A stretch of 32,000 nt of DNA from Chlamydiales bacterium (GTDB lineage Bacteria > Chlamydiota > Chlamydiia > Chlamydiales > JAAKFR01), in contig JAWLBH010000001.1 in assembly GCA_041395025.1 (NCBI GenBank), forward strand, positions 930,001 through 962,000, in the 5' to 3' direction. Shown here in pieces: positions 8,127 through 18,039 of this stretch (position 1 is the stretch's first letter; each line of letters opens with the position of its first letter). The position numbers were made by a program, and so were the translations under genes. Below the pieces are notes generated by a model, which did no database searches, was not told the origin of the DNA, and was given only the letters and a program-made list of their open reading frames with translations.

Positions 8127-10780
8127 TCTGCCCAATTTTTGCCAATAGCAACATCCACAACTAAAGGAACCTTTAAAGGTAAGGCTGTTTCCATTGCTTT
8201 TCTAACAAGAGGTTCTAATGCATCAATTTCTTCATTTGGACATTCAAAAAGCAATTCATCATGGATCTGTAAAATTAGATATCCTTGCATCCCTCGAATA
8301 CGGATTTGCTCATCAATTTCTAACATGCCTAGCTTAATTAAATCAGCAGCGCTTCCCTGTAAAGACGTATTAATCGCAAGCCGTTCTCCTTGGTGACGAA
8401 TCATTGCATTATGATGACGAATCTCAGGAATTTCTCTTTGACGACCAAGCATTGTTATGGCCTTACCAGTTTTTTTTGTCTCTTGGACGCATAATTCGAT
8501 ATACTTATATACAAGAGGATAGCGTTCGAAATAAGCTTTAATGAAATCAGCTGCTTTTTTGATATCTATTCCAAGTTCCTGAGAAAGACCAAAGGCTTGT
8601 TGACCATAAATAATTCCAAAATTAATGACTTTTGCCTGTTGACGTTGAGTCGGTGAGACTGTTGATAGAGGAATACTAAAGATCAGTGAAGCTGTGTACG
8701 CATGAATATCTTCACCATGTTTAAACGCTTGAAGAAGTTGAGGATCTTCACTTAGGTGAGCAAGAAGACGCAATTCTATTTGTGAGTAATCAGCTGATAA
8801 ATAGCTCCATCCTTTTTTTTGTGGTTTAAAAGCTTGACGAATGCGTTGACCATACGCACTCCTTACAGGAATATTCTGTAGATTTGGATTTTGACATGTT
8901 AAACGTCCTGTTGCTGTAATATATTGATTGAATGTGGCATGAATGCGGTTTGTATTAGGATGAATGTTTAAAGGAAGGGTTTCAACATATGTTGAACGAA
9001 GTTTTTCAAGAGAACGAAAAAACAGAATTTTTTCAGCAATGGGATAGTCTTTCGCAAGTAACTCAAGGATTTCTGCCCGTGTAGAGAGGCTGGTTAGGGT
9101 TTTTTTTAATGGTTGAATCTTCATTTTATCAAAAAGAATCATTGCAAGCTGTTTTGGTGAATTAATATTAAATGTTTCACCAGCTAGTGTATAAATCTCT
9201 TGTTCGAGAGAATGAATTTCTCTCTTTAACTCTTCGGAAAGATCCATCAGCTCTTCTCGATCGAGATAGATTCCTGACCGTTCCATTTTAGCCAAAACAT
9301 GCATTATAGGTAGCTCAGTTTCATAAAGAATTTTATCGAAATGTTCCTTATGAATCTCTTCTTTTAGAACCTTTTTTAATTGGAAAATGTTATCGACATT
9401 CTGACAGCAATAGTGAGAAGCTTGCTCGATAGAAATGTCAGATAGGTTAATCTTTTTTTTCCCGCTTCCAATCAAGTCTTCAATCGGGTTTTTTACTTTA
9501 CCTAAATATTGAAGTATGAGGGATTCTAAGGAATGGCGTCTACTCTCTGCATGAAGAAGATAGAAGGCGAGAATAGTATCAAAATTTACATTTTTGATTT
9601 CAATACCATGCTTAGCCAATGCATGGAGATGGTCTTTTACATGATGACCAAAAAACACAAGATTTTGATTGCTAAATATTTTTTTAAGTTCATTTAAGAT
9701 CGTTGTTGAATCCATTTTCCCATTTAAAGGAACATAGAAACCCTCTCCTGCTTTTATACTAAAACTTAAGCCTAAAATTTCTGGAAGCAACGGATTTTGA
9801 TTGGATATTAGTATATCAAAGGCAATCTCTTTTGAAGATTCGAGGGAGTTTAACAGCTTTTGGAATTCTATTTTATCTTCAATAAGGTGGTAAATACTTT
9901 CTTCTTTGAGGGAATCTTGATTAGCAACAGAGTATAATTCTTTGAGAAGCGTCTGAAAACCGAGATCGATGTAGAACTCTTTCAACCTATTCCAATCAGG
10001 AGAAGTTTTAGTAAAATAACTCTCTTCTTTAGGAAAAGAAATATCTATTTGAATCGTAGCAAGTTTTTTGCTTATAAGAGCGATATCGCTTTCTTCTTTG
10101 AGTATTTTTTGTTTTTTTTCTCCTTTAATTTTGTCAGCATTGGCTAACAGGGTTTCAAGAGAGCCAAACTCGTTAAGAAGAGAAATGGTAGTCTTTGGGC
10201 CGAATCCTTTCACACCTGGAATATTATCAGAAGAATCCCCCACTATAGCTAAGAGATCGATAATTTTCTCAGGAGGTACACCGTACAACTCTTCTACTTT
10301 TTTCTTATCAATTATCAAGTTATCTTTCCAAGTATTAAGAATGAAAATTCTATCATTCACGAGCTGAGCAAAATCTTTATCACTTGTGCAAAGATAGACA
10401 TTAGTGCCCTTTGCAGCAGCCCAAACTGCAATGCTTCCCATGGTGTCATCAGCTTCTACTTCTGGGACTTGAATTTGCGGAATGCCTATCAAATCACAAA
10501 ATTCTTTTGCGCGCTCAATCTGTTGAGGAAGATCTTCGTAGAGACGTAGACGATTCGCTTTATATTTTTCGTAAATCTCGATTCGTTTTTTTTTATTATC
10601 AGGACTATCAAAAACTGCAATGATGTGTTCGGGATTAAAATCTTTGAAAAGTTTTAAAATAGACCGAATAAAGCCATATAGACCATTTGTGGATTCTCCT
10701 TGAGGGCTAACCATTGGAGGAAGAGCAAAATAGGCGCGAAAAAGATAGCCCGAGACATCAAGGATGTAGAGTGTTTTCAT
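8120..10780 (-). CDS. polA: DNA polymerase I
   Basis: 886 aa with an N-terminal 5'-3' exonuclease domain, a central exonuclease-like domain, and family-A polymerase motifs (QRQQAKVINFGIIYG, LQIHDELLFE). Confidence 0.97.
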   Translation of the reverse strand: MKTLYILDVSGYLFRAYFALPPMVSPQGESTNGLYGFIRSILKLFKDFNPEHIIAVFDSPDNKKKRIEIYEKYKANRLRLYEDLPQQIERAKEFCDLIGIPQIQVPEVEADDTMGSIAVWAAAKGTNVYLCTSDKDFAQLVNDRIFILNTWKDNLIIDKKKVEELYGVPPEKIIDLLAIVGDSSDNIPGVKGFGPKTTISLLNEFGSLETLLANADKIKGEKKQKILKEESDIALISKKLATIQIDISFPKEESYFTKTSPDWNRLKEFYIDLGFQTLLKELYSVANQDSLKEESIYHLIEDKIEFQKLLNSLESSKEIAFDILISNQNPLLPEILGLSFSIKAGEGFYVPLNGKMDSTTILNELKKIFSNQNLVFFGHHVKDHLHALAKHGIEIKNVNFDTILAFYLLHAESRRHSLESLILQYLGKVKNPIEDLIGSGKKKINLSDISIEQASHYCCQNVDNIFQLKKVLKEEIHKEHFDKILYETELPIMHVLAKMERSGIYLDREELMDLSEELKREIHSLEQEIYTLAGETFNINSPKQLAMILFDKMKIQPLKKTLTSLSTRAEILELLAKDYPIAEKILFFRSLEKLRSTYVETLPLNIHPNTNRIHATFNQYITATGRLTCQNPNLQNIPVRSAYGQRIRQAFKPQKKGWSYLSADYSQIELRLLAHLSEDPQLLQAFKHGEDIHAYTASLIFSIPLSTVSPTQRQQAKVINFGIIYGQQAFGLSQELGIDIKKAADFIKAYFERYPLVYKYIELCVQETKKTGKAITMLGRQREIPEIRHHNAMIRHQGERLAINTSLQGSAADLIKLGMLEIDEQIRIRGMQGYLILQIHDELLFECPNEEIDALEPLVRKAMETALPLKVPLVVDVAIGKNWAEC

Positions 10781-11799
10781 TTCCAGTATAAAGCATTGCC
10801 TTCAGAAATAGGGAGAGAAAATTCATGTTTGATCTTTCCAGAAACAATAGGAGAACAGGGTGTTTCTTTGATCACTTTTTTTAACCAAGAAGTCGATTCA
10901 AAACCGACAACTTGATAATGGTCTTCAATTCCAACTTCTTTGGCAAGAGCATTTAAAACTTCACGACGGCTAGCATTGCTTTCATCAATGAAGCCATGAT
11001 CTTTAGCCTGTGGAGGAGTTAAGACTTTCGCTCCAATGTTATCTTTTAAATTATTCATGTCAATGGGTCGATTTAAGGTCACAATTGTGGTAAATTGCTG
11101 ATAAAAATAATCTATCAAAGACTGATAGTCTTCTTCCTCTCCTTCATGCCAAGGACGGAAAGGGTTCATTTGATCTTTGCCTTTTCCAGCTGATAAAGTC
11201 ATCGATTCGATGCCAATTTTTTTCATTGTATCAGTAAAATTCATGAAAGGAGGCCAGTTAAGGACACCTATTGATCCAATCACACTAACTTCACTCGCAA
11301 AGATTTTATCACTGGCACAGGCAATATAATAGCCACCGGATGTACATAGCCCATCAATAAAAGTATAGATGGGGACATGGTATTTGGTTTTGTATTCTTT
11401 AAGGTGACGGTAAATAATGTTTGAGTCATTCACTCCTCCACCAGGAGAATTAATCACTAGGAGAATCCCTTTGACTCGATTATTCGAAAAAGCCTCTTCT
11501 CTTGATTTAATTAGGATCTCTTCAATCTTTTTCCCTGTTAGCTTATCTTTGCCAATCTCTCCCTCAATTGTGATTTGCAAAAGAATCGGAGAATCTCCGG
11601 AAAGTTTTTTCCTGTTTCCATCACCATCAGGAAGAATTTCTACATTTGCAGAAAAGGTTTGGTCATCGTTAGATTTGAAGACTAAGTAAGAAGCAAGAAA
11701 AATCCCAAGTAAGCTAATCACCGTTCCAAGGACACCAAAAAAAGCAATAAAGAATGCACGAAATGCACTCATAAAGACAGATTCATGAATTATTTTCAT
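10777..11799 (-). CDS. sppA: Signal peptide peptidase SppA/SohB (peptidase S49, 36K type)
   Basis: 340 aa with an N-terminal TM helix and S49 motifs NSPGGGV, CTSGGYYIACASD and VIGSIGV. The stop overlaps the polA start as ATGA. Confidence 0.9.
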   Translation of the reverse strand: MKIIHESVFMSAFRAFFIAFFGVLGTVISLLGIFLASYLVFKSNDDQTFSANVEILPDGDGNRKKLSGDSPILLQITIEGEIGKDKLTGKKIEEILIKSREEAFSNNRVKGILLVINSPGGGVNDSNIIYRHLKEYKTKYHVPIYTFIDGLCTSGGYYIACASDKIFASEVSVIGSIGVLNWPPFMNFTDTMKKIGIESMTLSAGKGKDQMNPFRPWHEGEEEDYQSLIDYFYQQFTTIVTLNRPIDMNNLKDNIGAKVLTPPQAKDHGFIDESNASRREVLNALAKEVGIEDHYQVVGFESTSWLKKVIKETPCSPIVSGKIKHEFSLPISEGNALYWK

Positions 11800-11890
11800 A
11801 ATTCAGCATATTAATCCACCTCTCTTTTTCAAACAAGGATATCAAAGTTTTTTTGTCTCTGAATCTTGATCCCTTTTGATCTTACTTTAA

Positions 11891-11906
11891 ATATATATAT
11901 ATATAT
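11891..11906. repeat. (AT)8 dinucleotide microsatellite in the divergent sppA/dedA intergenic region
   Basis: atatatatatatatat read directly from the sequence. Confidence 0.9.
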
Positions 11907-12163
11907 TAATTTTTAATTAAATACTTTGATCTTTATATACAGAAGTAAGATTTTCAATTAAAAATACATGGTTGTACTCATCGATATCATGACTTTCACA
12001 TTGAGTCAGTAGGGGGATTTAGAGTCATTTTTTTCGACTTGAATGAAGAGGTTTTCAATTGGAATAAGCTTAGAGGATGCAACCAGTAATGAGAAAATAG
12101 GAATTAATTATCGAAATTTATATGTATTATTTTTATTATTTTCATTTAATATAATTGCCGGTT

Positions 12164-12769
12164 ATGGAGACAATTCTTTCTTTTATTCAACTACATGCTT
12201 ATCATGCTCATTGGTTTGTTTTTGGTCTCTTAATGCTTGCGGGACTCAATTTTCCTATTAGTGAAGACTTGGTAATTATTTTTAGTGCGATCCTTGCAAG
12301 TACGATTGTTCCTGAGAATATATTTAAATTATTTCTAGCTGTTTTTTTAGGGGCCTATCTCTCAGATTGGTTGGTTTACTGGATTGGTAGACTTTGGGGA
12401 GCACACTTATGGCGGCTGCGTTGGTTTGCTTATCTTTTCAAAGCAAAAAGATTAGAACAAATAGAACAATATTATCAGAAATATGGATTATTAACTCTAC
12501 TTGTAGGGCGTTTTATTCCATTTGGAGTACGTAATTGCCTATTTGCAACAGCAGGTTTAGGGAAAATGCGGTTTAGTAAATTTTTAATTGGGGATGGGAT
12601 TGCCTGTCTTATTTCAAACGGCACGCTTTTTACAATCGCCTATTTTTTTGGTAAAAACTGTTCTTATTTTATCCGGTATGTCAATGTCATTTTCTTTGGA
12701 ATCTTTCTGATCGCTATAATCAGTTGCATTTGGTATAAGAAAAGCAAAGCAATTTCTTCAACTGACTAG
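12164..12769 (+). CDS. dedA: DedA/VTT-domain family membrane protein
   Basis: Multi-pass membrane protein with DedA-like regions (GLNFPISEDL..., LLVGRFIPFGVRN). The track starts at TTG 12155; the first ATG is at 12164. Confidence 0.85.
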   Translation: METILSFIQLHAYHAHWFVFGLLMLAGLNFPISEDLVIIFSAILASTIVPENIFKLFLAVFLGAYLSDWLVYWIGRLWGAHLWRLRWFAYLFKAKRLEQIEQYYQKYGLLTLLVGRFIPFGVRNCLFATAGLGKMRFSKFLIGDGIACLISNGTLFTIAYFFGKNCSYFIRYVNVIFFGIFLIAIISCIWYKKSKAISSTD

Positions 12770-12778
12770 TATTGGTGA

Positions 12779-13288
12779 ATGCTAAATCTTTCTAATATCC
12801 TGTCCCTATCTCGCGCAGGGTTTGCCCTTGCTTTCCTTCAAGATAATCCATGGGTCCGTTTACTTGCCATTGGATTAGCTATGCTCAGTGATTTTCTTGA
12901 TGGTTATCTTGCTCGTCTTCAAAAAACCACAACTCAATTTGGAGCTATTCTTGATCCAATTATGGACAAATTTTTTGTTTTTTTTTCTGGCGGAGTCTTT
13001 TTTTTAGAAAATAAATTAACTCTTTTAGGGCTGGCTGCTCTGCTATCTAGAGATATTTCACTTTGTTTTTTTGGACTATTCTTAGGAATTGTTCGTGGTT
13101 GGGATGGATATGAGGTAAGAGCCATTTGGTGGGGTAAAATTACTACAATTGCACAATTTGGCTTACTAATTTGTTTAACTCTCAATCTTATTTTCCCGAA
13201 GTGGGTCTATCTTATTTTTGTCACAATGGCTGCATTTGCCTTTTTTGAACTCCTTCTTCGTTACTATCGTGATCTAAACAGATCATGA
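12779..13288 (+). CDS. pgsA: CDP-alcohol phosphatidyltransferase family protein (PgsA-like, short form)
   Basis: 169 aa with a complete D-G-x2-A-R-x8-G-x3-D-x3-D motif (DFLDGYLARLQKTTTQFGAILDPIMDK). GGTGA lies immediately upstream of the ATG. Confidence 0.85.
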   Translation: MLNLSNILSLSRAGFALAFLQDNPWVRLLAIGLAMLSDFLDGYLARLQKTTTQFGAILDPIMDKFFVFFSGGVFFLENKLTLLGLAALLSRDISLCFFGLFLGIVRGWDGYEVRAIWWGKITTIAQFGLLICLTLNLIFPKWVYLIFVTMAAFAFFELLLRYYRDLNRS

Positions 13289-13321
13289 AATTCAATGAGA
13301 AAAGCAGTTAATAATCAAATA

Positions 13322-14881
13322 TTAGTTGGAAATGAGTTCTGCTTTTTGTTGATGTTCAGTTTTTATTGGTTGAGGAGAGGGCGTAGCTTTATTGGAAGGC
13401 AGAGCATTAAATTGTCTGCCTAAAGATAAAACTGCTACAATCCAAAAGATAATAACGAGAAAAAGGATGGCTGCAACAATATGAGCACTTGCTGAAATCG
13501 TTGCAAAAATCACAAGAAGTCCCTGATGAATCAAAGAGCCTCCTGATTTTCCGAGTCGGGAGCCTACACCATCAATTGCTGCTTTCCCTTTAATTCTGTC
13601 GAAAGCACTTAGAGGAATAAAAGCCATTTCTTTAGTTGCATCAAAAAGAGTGTATTTAGATGCACGACACAAGCAATTTTGCATCGAACCAAATAAAACT
13701 ACAATCATTAGAGGAGAAGTTCCAAAAAGAGCCAGGGCTCCGGTAAGTTGATGACGTCCGAAAAAAAAGAGAAAGAAAAAAAAGCTAGTGATTAACAAAA
13801 TAATCGGAGTGATTAAAGCAGTAGGAGTCCATCCAAATCGACGAATCAACTGTCCTGAAATTAAGATTGAAGTTAAGACAGAAATCACACCTGTAATTGT
13901 TGTAATTTGGCTCATATAGGCATTGAAATCATTTGGTTGGGGATAGAGGGTGCGGACTTGGTCTTTCCAAATGACCTCAACTAAATTGATCACAATATTA
14001 TAAGATAAAACGACAATAGCAATGTAGAGTAGGTAATTCGAACGTCCCAAAAGAGCAAAATTCTCTCGCATAGACATTTTCATTTTTGGGGTGGGAGATT
14101 CAATCGAGCCACTGGAATGGTGATCTAGAAAAATTTGTTTGGTCAGATAACGGTAGATGCACATAATTATGATTCCAGAGAAGATCACAACAAGCGTTAA
14201 AAAAATCATAGATTGGTGCCATGGATTTTCAGTAAGCATAATCCGTGAGCGTAAGAAATCTCCTGTTAAAAATACCGAAACTTGGCCAGAAGTAATTGCT
14301 GCAAGATTCAATCCGATTGCAATGAGACTATAAAAACGTTTTGCCTCACCAAGACGAGTCACCTCATTCGCTAAACCCCAAAAGAGCATTGAGAGAATAG
14401 CAGAGCTCCATAATTCTGACATAATATAGAAGCTACTGAATGTCCAATAGCGAAACATGGCAATCAGTCCCTTAAAACCAGCTGGCACATGGTCATGTAA
14501 AAAATCCGCAGTTTGATGAGGGTGGAGATAATCCCGCATGGGATAGATAATAAAGGTAAAAGAAGCAAAAAAAACGAGGAAAATTAAGATCATTCCATAA
14601 AAGACTCGCTCATGTTTTAAACGATTATTTAAACGGCTATAAATAAAGGTCATCAAAAGAGCCCCTGGAACAATGCCCCAGACTTTTATAAAGGGAATGA
14701 CTTCAGCTCCGGAAGATTTAGCAGTGATTAAAAGCGTATCCTTCATATTCCGCAAAATGTGGTAATTGAAGCTAATGAAGAAGGCCATCACGAGGAGGGG
14801 AAGAAATTTAGATAATTCAAAACTGTGAATTGGCCATAAATAAGCACGCAGTTTAGAAAAACCCTCTCTATCTTGTGACAT
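13322..14881 (-). CDS. ntt: Nucleotide transporter of the ATP/ADP translocase (TLC/NTT) family
   Basis: Polytopic membrane protein with the N-terminal region typical of chlamydial/rickettsial Npt/Tlc proteins (LRAYLWPIHSFELSKFLPLLVMAFFISFNYHILRNMKDTLLIT, EVIPFIKVWGIVPG). I prefer ATG 14881, which has AGGTG 3 nt upstream. The track start at 15001 is a TTG that would add 40 unconvincing residues. Confidence 0.92.
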   Translation of the reverse strand: MSQDREGFSKLRAYLWPIHSFELSKFLPLLVMAFFISFNYHILRNMKDTLLITAKSSGAEVIPFIKVWGIVPGALLMTFIYSRLNNRLKHERVFYGMILIFLVFFASFTFIIYPMRDYLHPHQTADFLHDHVPAGFKGLIAMFRYWTFSSFYIMSELWSSAILSMLFWGLANEVTRLGEAKRFYSLIAIGLNLAAITSGQVSVFLTGDFLRSRIMLTENPWHQSMIFLTLVVIFSGIIIMCIYRYLTKQIFLDHHSSGSIESPTPKMKMSMRENFALLGRSNYLLYIAIVVLSYNIVINLVEVIWKDQVRTLYPQPNDFNAYMSQITTITGVISVLTSILISGQLIRRFGWTPTALITPIILLITSFFFFLFFFGRHQLTGALALFGTSPLMIVVLFGSMQNCLCRASKYTLFDATKEMAFIPLSAFDRIKGKAAIDGVGSRLGKSGGSLIHQGLLVIFATISASAHIVAAILFLVIIFWIVAVLSLGRQFNALPSNKATPSPQPIKTEHQQKAELISN

Positions 14882-15128
14882 AGTCACCTGTTTTTTTTGA
14901 ACGCTTATAAGCCAAAAAGAACCGTATTTTAAGAAAGATTTCCATCTATTCTTCAAAGAGATCGAATCATCATTATAAGATGAACGAATATAAGATTGCA
15001 AGATCGATTTGAAATATTTTTCTTATTTAAAAATCGCTTTTTATTCAAGTATTTTTTTTATTTAATAGAATATTGAATTTAATAAATTTATTTTATTTAT
15101 TAAGTCAGCCAATCGAACAAAAATCAGG

Positions 15129-16406
15129 TTAAAGATGCTCTTTGTCTTTTCTATTCTCTTTATTTGGGGATATGGAGATCTTTGGTGATTTGTTTGATAA
15201 AGCTTGAATACAAGGAAGCGTTCCATGCTCAAGATAGTCAAGAGTGGCCCCTCCCCCTGTGGATATATAAGTCATCTTATCCTTTAATCCGGCTTGATTG
15301 ATTGCAGCCACCAAATCACCTCCTCCTACGATAGTCACTGCATCTAATTGTGTAAGGTGATAGGCCAATTCATATGTTCCTTGGCTATAAGCTGGTAATT
15401 CACAGACCCCAACTGGTCCATTCCATAGGATGGTGTTAGCATGCTGAAAGAGAGTTGCAAAATGGTGAATAGTTTTTGGCCCAATATCCAATCCACTATA
15501 TCCTTTCGGAATGCCTTCTTTAGCTAAATCCACGACTTTTATAGGGGTGTCTGGATGAGAATTTTTTGCAATACGTGCATCTTTTGGAAGAATGATTTTA
15601 TCATGAAAATCTTCTAAAATATCTTTTGCAAGTTTAAAAAATTTTGGATCAAACATAGATTGACCCACCTCATATCCTAAGACTTTAAAAAAAGTATAGG
15701 CCATACCTCCACTAAGAAACAAAAGATCGGTTTTTTTTAATAGATTTTTGATTAATCCGATTTTTGTCGAAATTTTGGCTCCTCCGATCAGAGCATAAAA
15801 AGGACGTTTAGGAGTATTTAGTATCTCACTGAGAACAGAGACCTCTTTTTCTAACAAAAAACCCGCAGCTGCTGTTTTTGAAAAAAATTGAGTAATTGTA
15901 TAAGTAGAGCTATGTTTACGATGAGCAGTAGCGAAAGCATCATTCACATAAACATCAGCTAAACTAGCTAGCTCTTTGGCAAAATCAGGATCTATACTTG
16001 GTTGTAACTCAGCTGGATGGAAACGAAGATTCTCTAGAAGAAGCACGTCTCCTTGTTTTAGATTGATTGCCATTTCTTTCACTTCTTGTCCTATACAGTC
16101 TGGTGCCATTTTGACAGGCCTTCTAATGAAAGTCTCTAGAGCTTTAGCAACAGGTAAAAGAGAAAATTTGTGATTAAACGGATGATCTGGTCGACCTAAA
16201 TGGCTCATTAGAATCAAAGCTTTGCTTTGCTTAAGGAGATAGAAAATTGAAGGAAGAGCTGCTTGAATACGTGTTGTATCAGTGATACTTCCATCAGCAT
16301 CAATTGGAACATTAAAATCGACTCGCATGATGATTTTTTTCCCTTGTAGACAGAGATCTTGAATAGATAACTTTTCTGGTTCTTTGTGGTTAAGTTGAAT
16401 CATCAA
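15129..16406 (-). CDS. pgk: Phosphoglycerate kinase
   Basis: 425 aa with RVDFNVP, a GGAKISTKIG hinge region and STGGGATLDYLE. It carries a ~22-aa Lys-rich C-terminal tail beyond the usual end. Confidence 0.97.
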   Translation of the reverse strand: MMIQLNHKEPEKLSIQDLCLQGKKIIMRVDFNVPIDADGSITDTTRIQAALPSIFYLLKQSKALILMSHLGRPDHPFNHKFSLLPVAKALETFIRRPVKMAPDCIGQEVKEMAINLKQGDVLLLENLRFHPAELQPSIDPDFAKELASLADVYVNDAFATAHRKHSSTYTITQFFSKTAAAGFLLEKEVSVLSEILNTPKRPFYALIGGAKISTKIGLIKNLLKKTDLLFLSGGMAYTFFKVLGYEVGQSMFDPKFFKLAKDILEDFHDKIILPKDARIAKNSHPDTPIKVVDLAKEGIPKGYSGLDIGPKTIHHFATLFQHANTILWNGPVGVCELPAYSQGTYELAYHLTQLDAVTIVGGGDLVAAINQAGLKDKMTYISTGGGATLDYLEHGTLPCIQALSNKSPKISISPNKENRKDKEHL

Positions 16407-16612
16407 TTGTCCAAATCATCAGAGGCGACTTTTAGTCAAAGTAAGTTTAATTATTAAATTATTTTTTTTAATTTAAAATAAAATTAGTTAAATTTTTCAA
16501 AACAAAAGAGATAAAAATACATCGAGAGAGTTTGTATTCAGATTATGGGTTTTTTTAAACCACTATTTTCTACCTTTAGATAAACATTGAATAAATAAAA
16601 TAAGATGCGGGT

Positions 16613-17155
16613 TTAGGGATGAGTAGCAGTGGTTAAAGATTTGTTATCCTTGCACATCTTAATGAAATAGTGGTGGATTGCAGGGTTCTTGGTTAACTCT
16701 GGATGAAAAGCACTAGCTAAATAGTTTTCTTGACGAACAAGGACAGGAGTTTTGGCTAAAAGAATGACTTTAGAAGAGTGAATAGCTGTAATACGAGGTG
16801 CTCGTATAAAAATCGCATGTATTTTCTGGGGTGTATCAAGGTAGACATCGAGGTGAGTCGAAAAAGAGGCATATTGTCGGCCATAGGCATTGCGTTCAAT
16901 GGTAACCTCAACGAGGCCAAGACGAGCTAAGAGGATCATTCCAGCACAGGTCCCAAAAATAGGGCGGGGAAAATTGGCTAAAGGCAGATCATTAAGTTTC
17001 CATATGGTAGTTGACTCACCTCCTGGAATGATCAATCCATCAACATCATCAAGTTGACTCATACGGCGGACTTCAACTGCAGAGACATCAATTTGTCTAA
17101 GCATTTCAATATGTTTAGAAAAAGCTCCTTGTAGGGCTAAAACTCCAATTTTCAT
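16613..17155 (-). CDS. pdxT: Pyridoxal 5'-phosphate synthase, glutaminase subunit PdxT
   Basis: 180 aa class-I glutamine amidotransferase with [10 protein letters not shown] (nucleophile Cys) and FHPELT (His/Glu). The start overlaps the pdxS stop as ATGA. Confidence 0.93.
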   Translation of the reverse strand: MKIGVLALQGAFSKHIEMLRQIDVSAVEVRRMSQLDDVDGLIIPGGESTTIWKLNDLPLANFPRPIFGTCAGMILLARLGLVEVTIERNAYGRQYASFSTHLDVYLDTPQKIHAIFIRAPRITAIHSSKVILLAKTPVLVRQENYLASAFHPELTKNPAIHHYFIKMCKDNKSLTTATHP

Positions 17156-18030
17156 TGGATTGCCATTGTGTTTCGAACCTCTTCGGGAGAAATTTCAGCT
17201 AATCTCGAACCTTCCATGCCTTCTAAAAGCCCTTGTGAGGCTTTTAGTAACATAGTTGCATCACGAAAATGTGTTGTTGCCATTACAATGCTTTTAGCTC
17301 GATTTTCTGGATCTTTTGATTTAAAAATCCCTGATCCAACAAAGAGAGCTTGGGCGCCAAGCTGCATCATAAGGGCGGCATCAGCAGGAGTTGCAATTCC
17401 TCCAGCTGAGAAGGTTGGTACAGGCAGTGTACCATGTTCTACAGTCCAATAGATTAAGTTATAAGAAACCCCTATTCGTTTTGCCTCAGCCTGCCAGCCC
17501 GTCTGATCAAGTGTCTGCAGATAGCGAATTCTTTCTTGAATAGCTCGCATATGACGTACAGCTTGGACAATATTTCCAGTGCCAGCTTCTCCTTTAGTAC
17601 GAATCATTGCAGCTCCTTCTTCAATACGCCTTAAAGCTTCATCTAAATTAGATGCCCCGCATACGAAGGGAATCTTAAAATCTCTTTTATCGATATAGTG
17701 TTCTTCATCAGCAGGAGTTAAAACTTCACTTTCATCGATAAAATCCACTTTGAGAGCTTCTAAAATTTGTGCTTCAACAAAATGACCAATACGACATTTT
17801 GCCATCACAGGGATCGACACGGTATTTTGAATCGCATCAATTAACTCAGGGCGTGTCATGCGAGCCATTCCACCTTTTGCACGAATGTCGGCTGGGATAC
17901 GTTCCAATGCCATCACAGCGACAGCTCCTGCTTCTTCAGCAATTTTTGCTTGTTCTGGAGTCACTACATCCATGATGACCCCTCCTTTTAACATTTCAGC
18001 AAGGCCTATTTTTAACTCTTGGTCTTTCAT
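17152..18030 (-). CDS. pdxS: Pyridoxal 5'-phosphate synthase, lyase subunit PdxS
   Basis: 292 aa, highly conserved SOR/SNZ family ([39 protein letters not shown]). GGAG lies 6 nt upstream of the ATG. Confidence 0.97.
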   Translation of the reverse strand: MKDQELKIGLAEMLKGGVIMDVVTPEQAKIAEEAGAVAVMALERIPADIRAKGGMARMTRPELIDAIQNTVSIPVMAKCRIGHFVEAQILEALKVDFIDESEVLTPADEEHYIDKRDFKIPFVCGASNLDEALRRIEEGAAMIRTKGEAGTGNIVQAVRHMRAIQERIRYLQTLDQTGWQAEAKRIGVSYNLIYWTVEHGTLPVPTFSAGGIATPADAALMMQLGAQALFVGSGIFKSKDPENRAKSIVMATTHFRDATMLLKASQGLLEGMEGSRLAEISPEEVRNTMAIQ

Positions 18031-18039
18031 GATTAACTC

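Noticed and set aside
12043-12261. 72-aa ORF in the sppA/dedA spacer running into dedA.
   Set aside because: It is in a different frame from dedA, has no SD, overlaps the dedA start, and its composition looks non-coding.
14882-15001. Long N-terminal extensions implied by the ORF track: ntt from TTG 15001, mip from TTG 24019, coaE from TTG 8135, dedA from TTG 12155.
   Set aside because: Each extension starts at TTG and adds residues that do not match the family N-termini. A downstream ATG with a better SD gives the canonical start, so I trimmed these in the feature table.
15129-15197. Lys-rich ~22-aa C-terminal tail on Pgk, and the ~40-aa hydrophilic N-terminal extension on Rho (7290-7415).
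   Set aside because: These are probably lineage-typical disordered tails. There are no motifs and no evidence of fusion or frameshift, so they are not worth a separate finding without comparative data.
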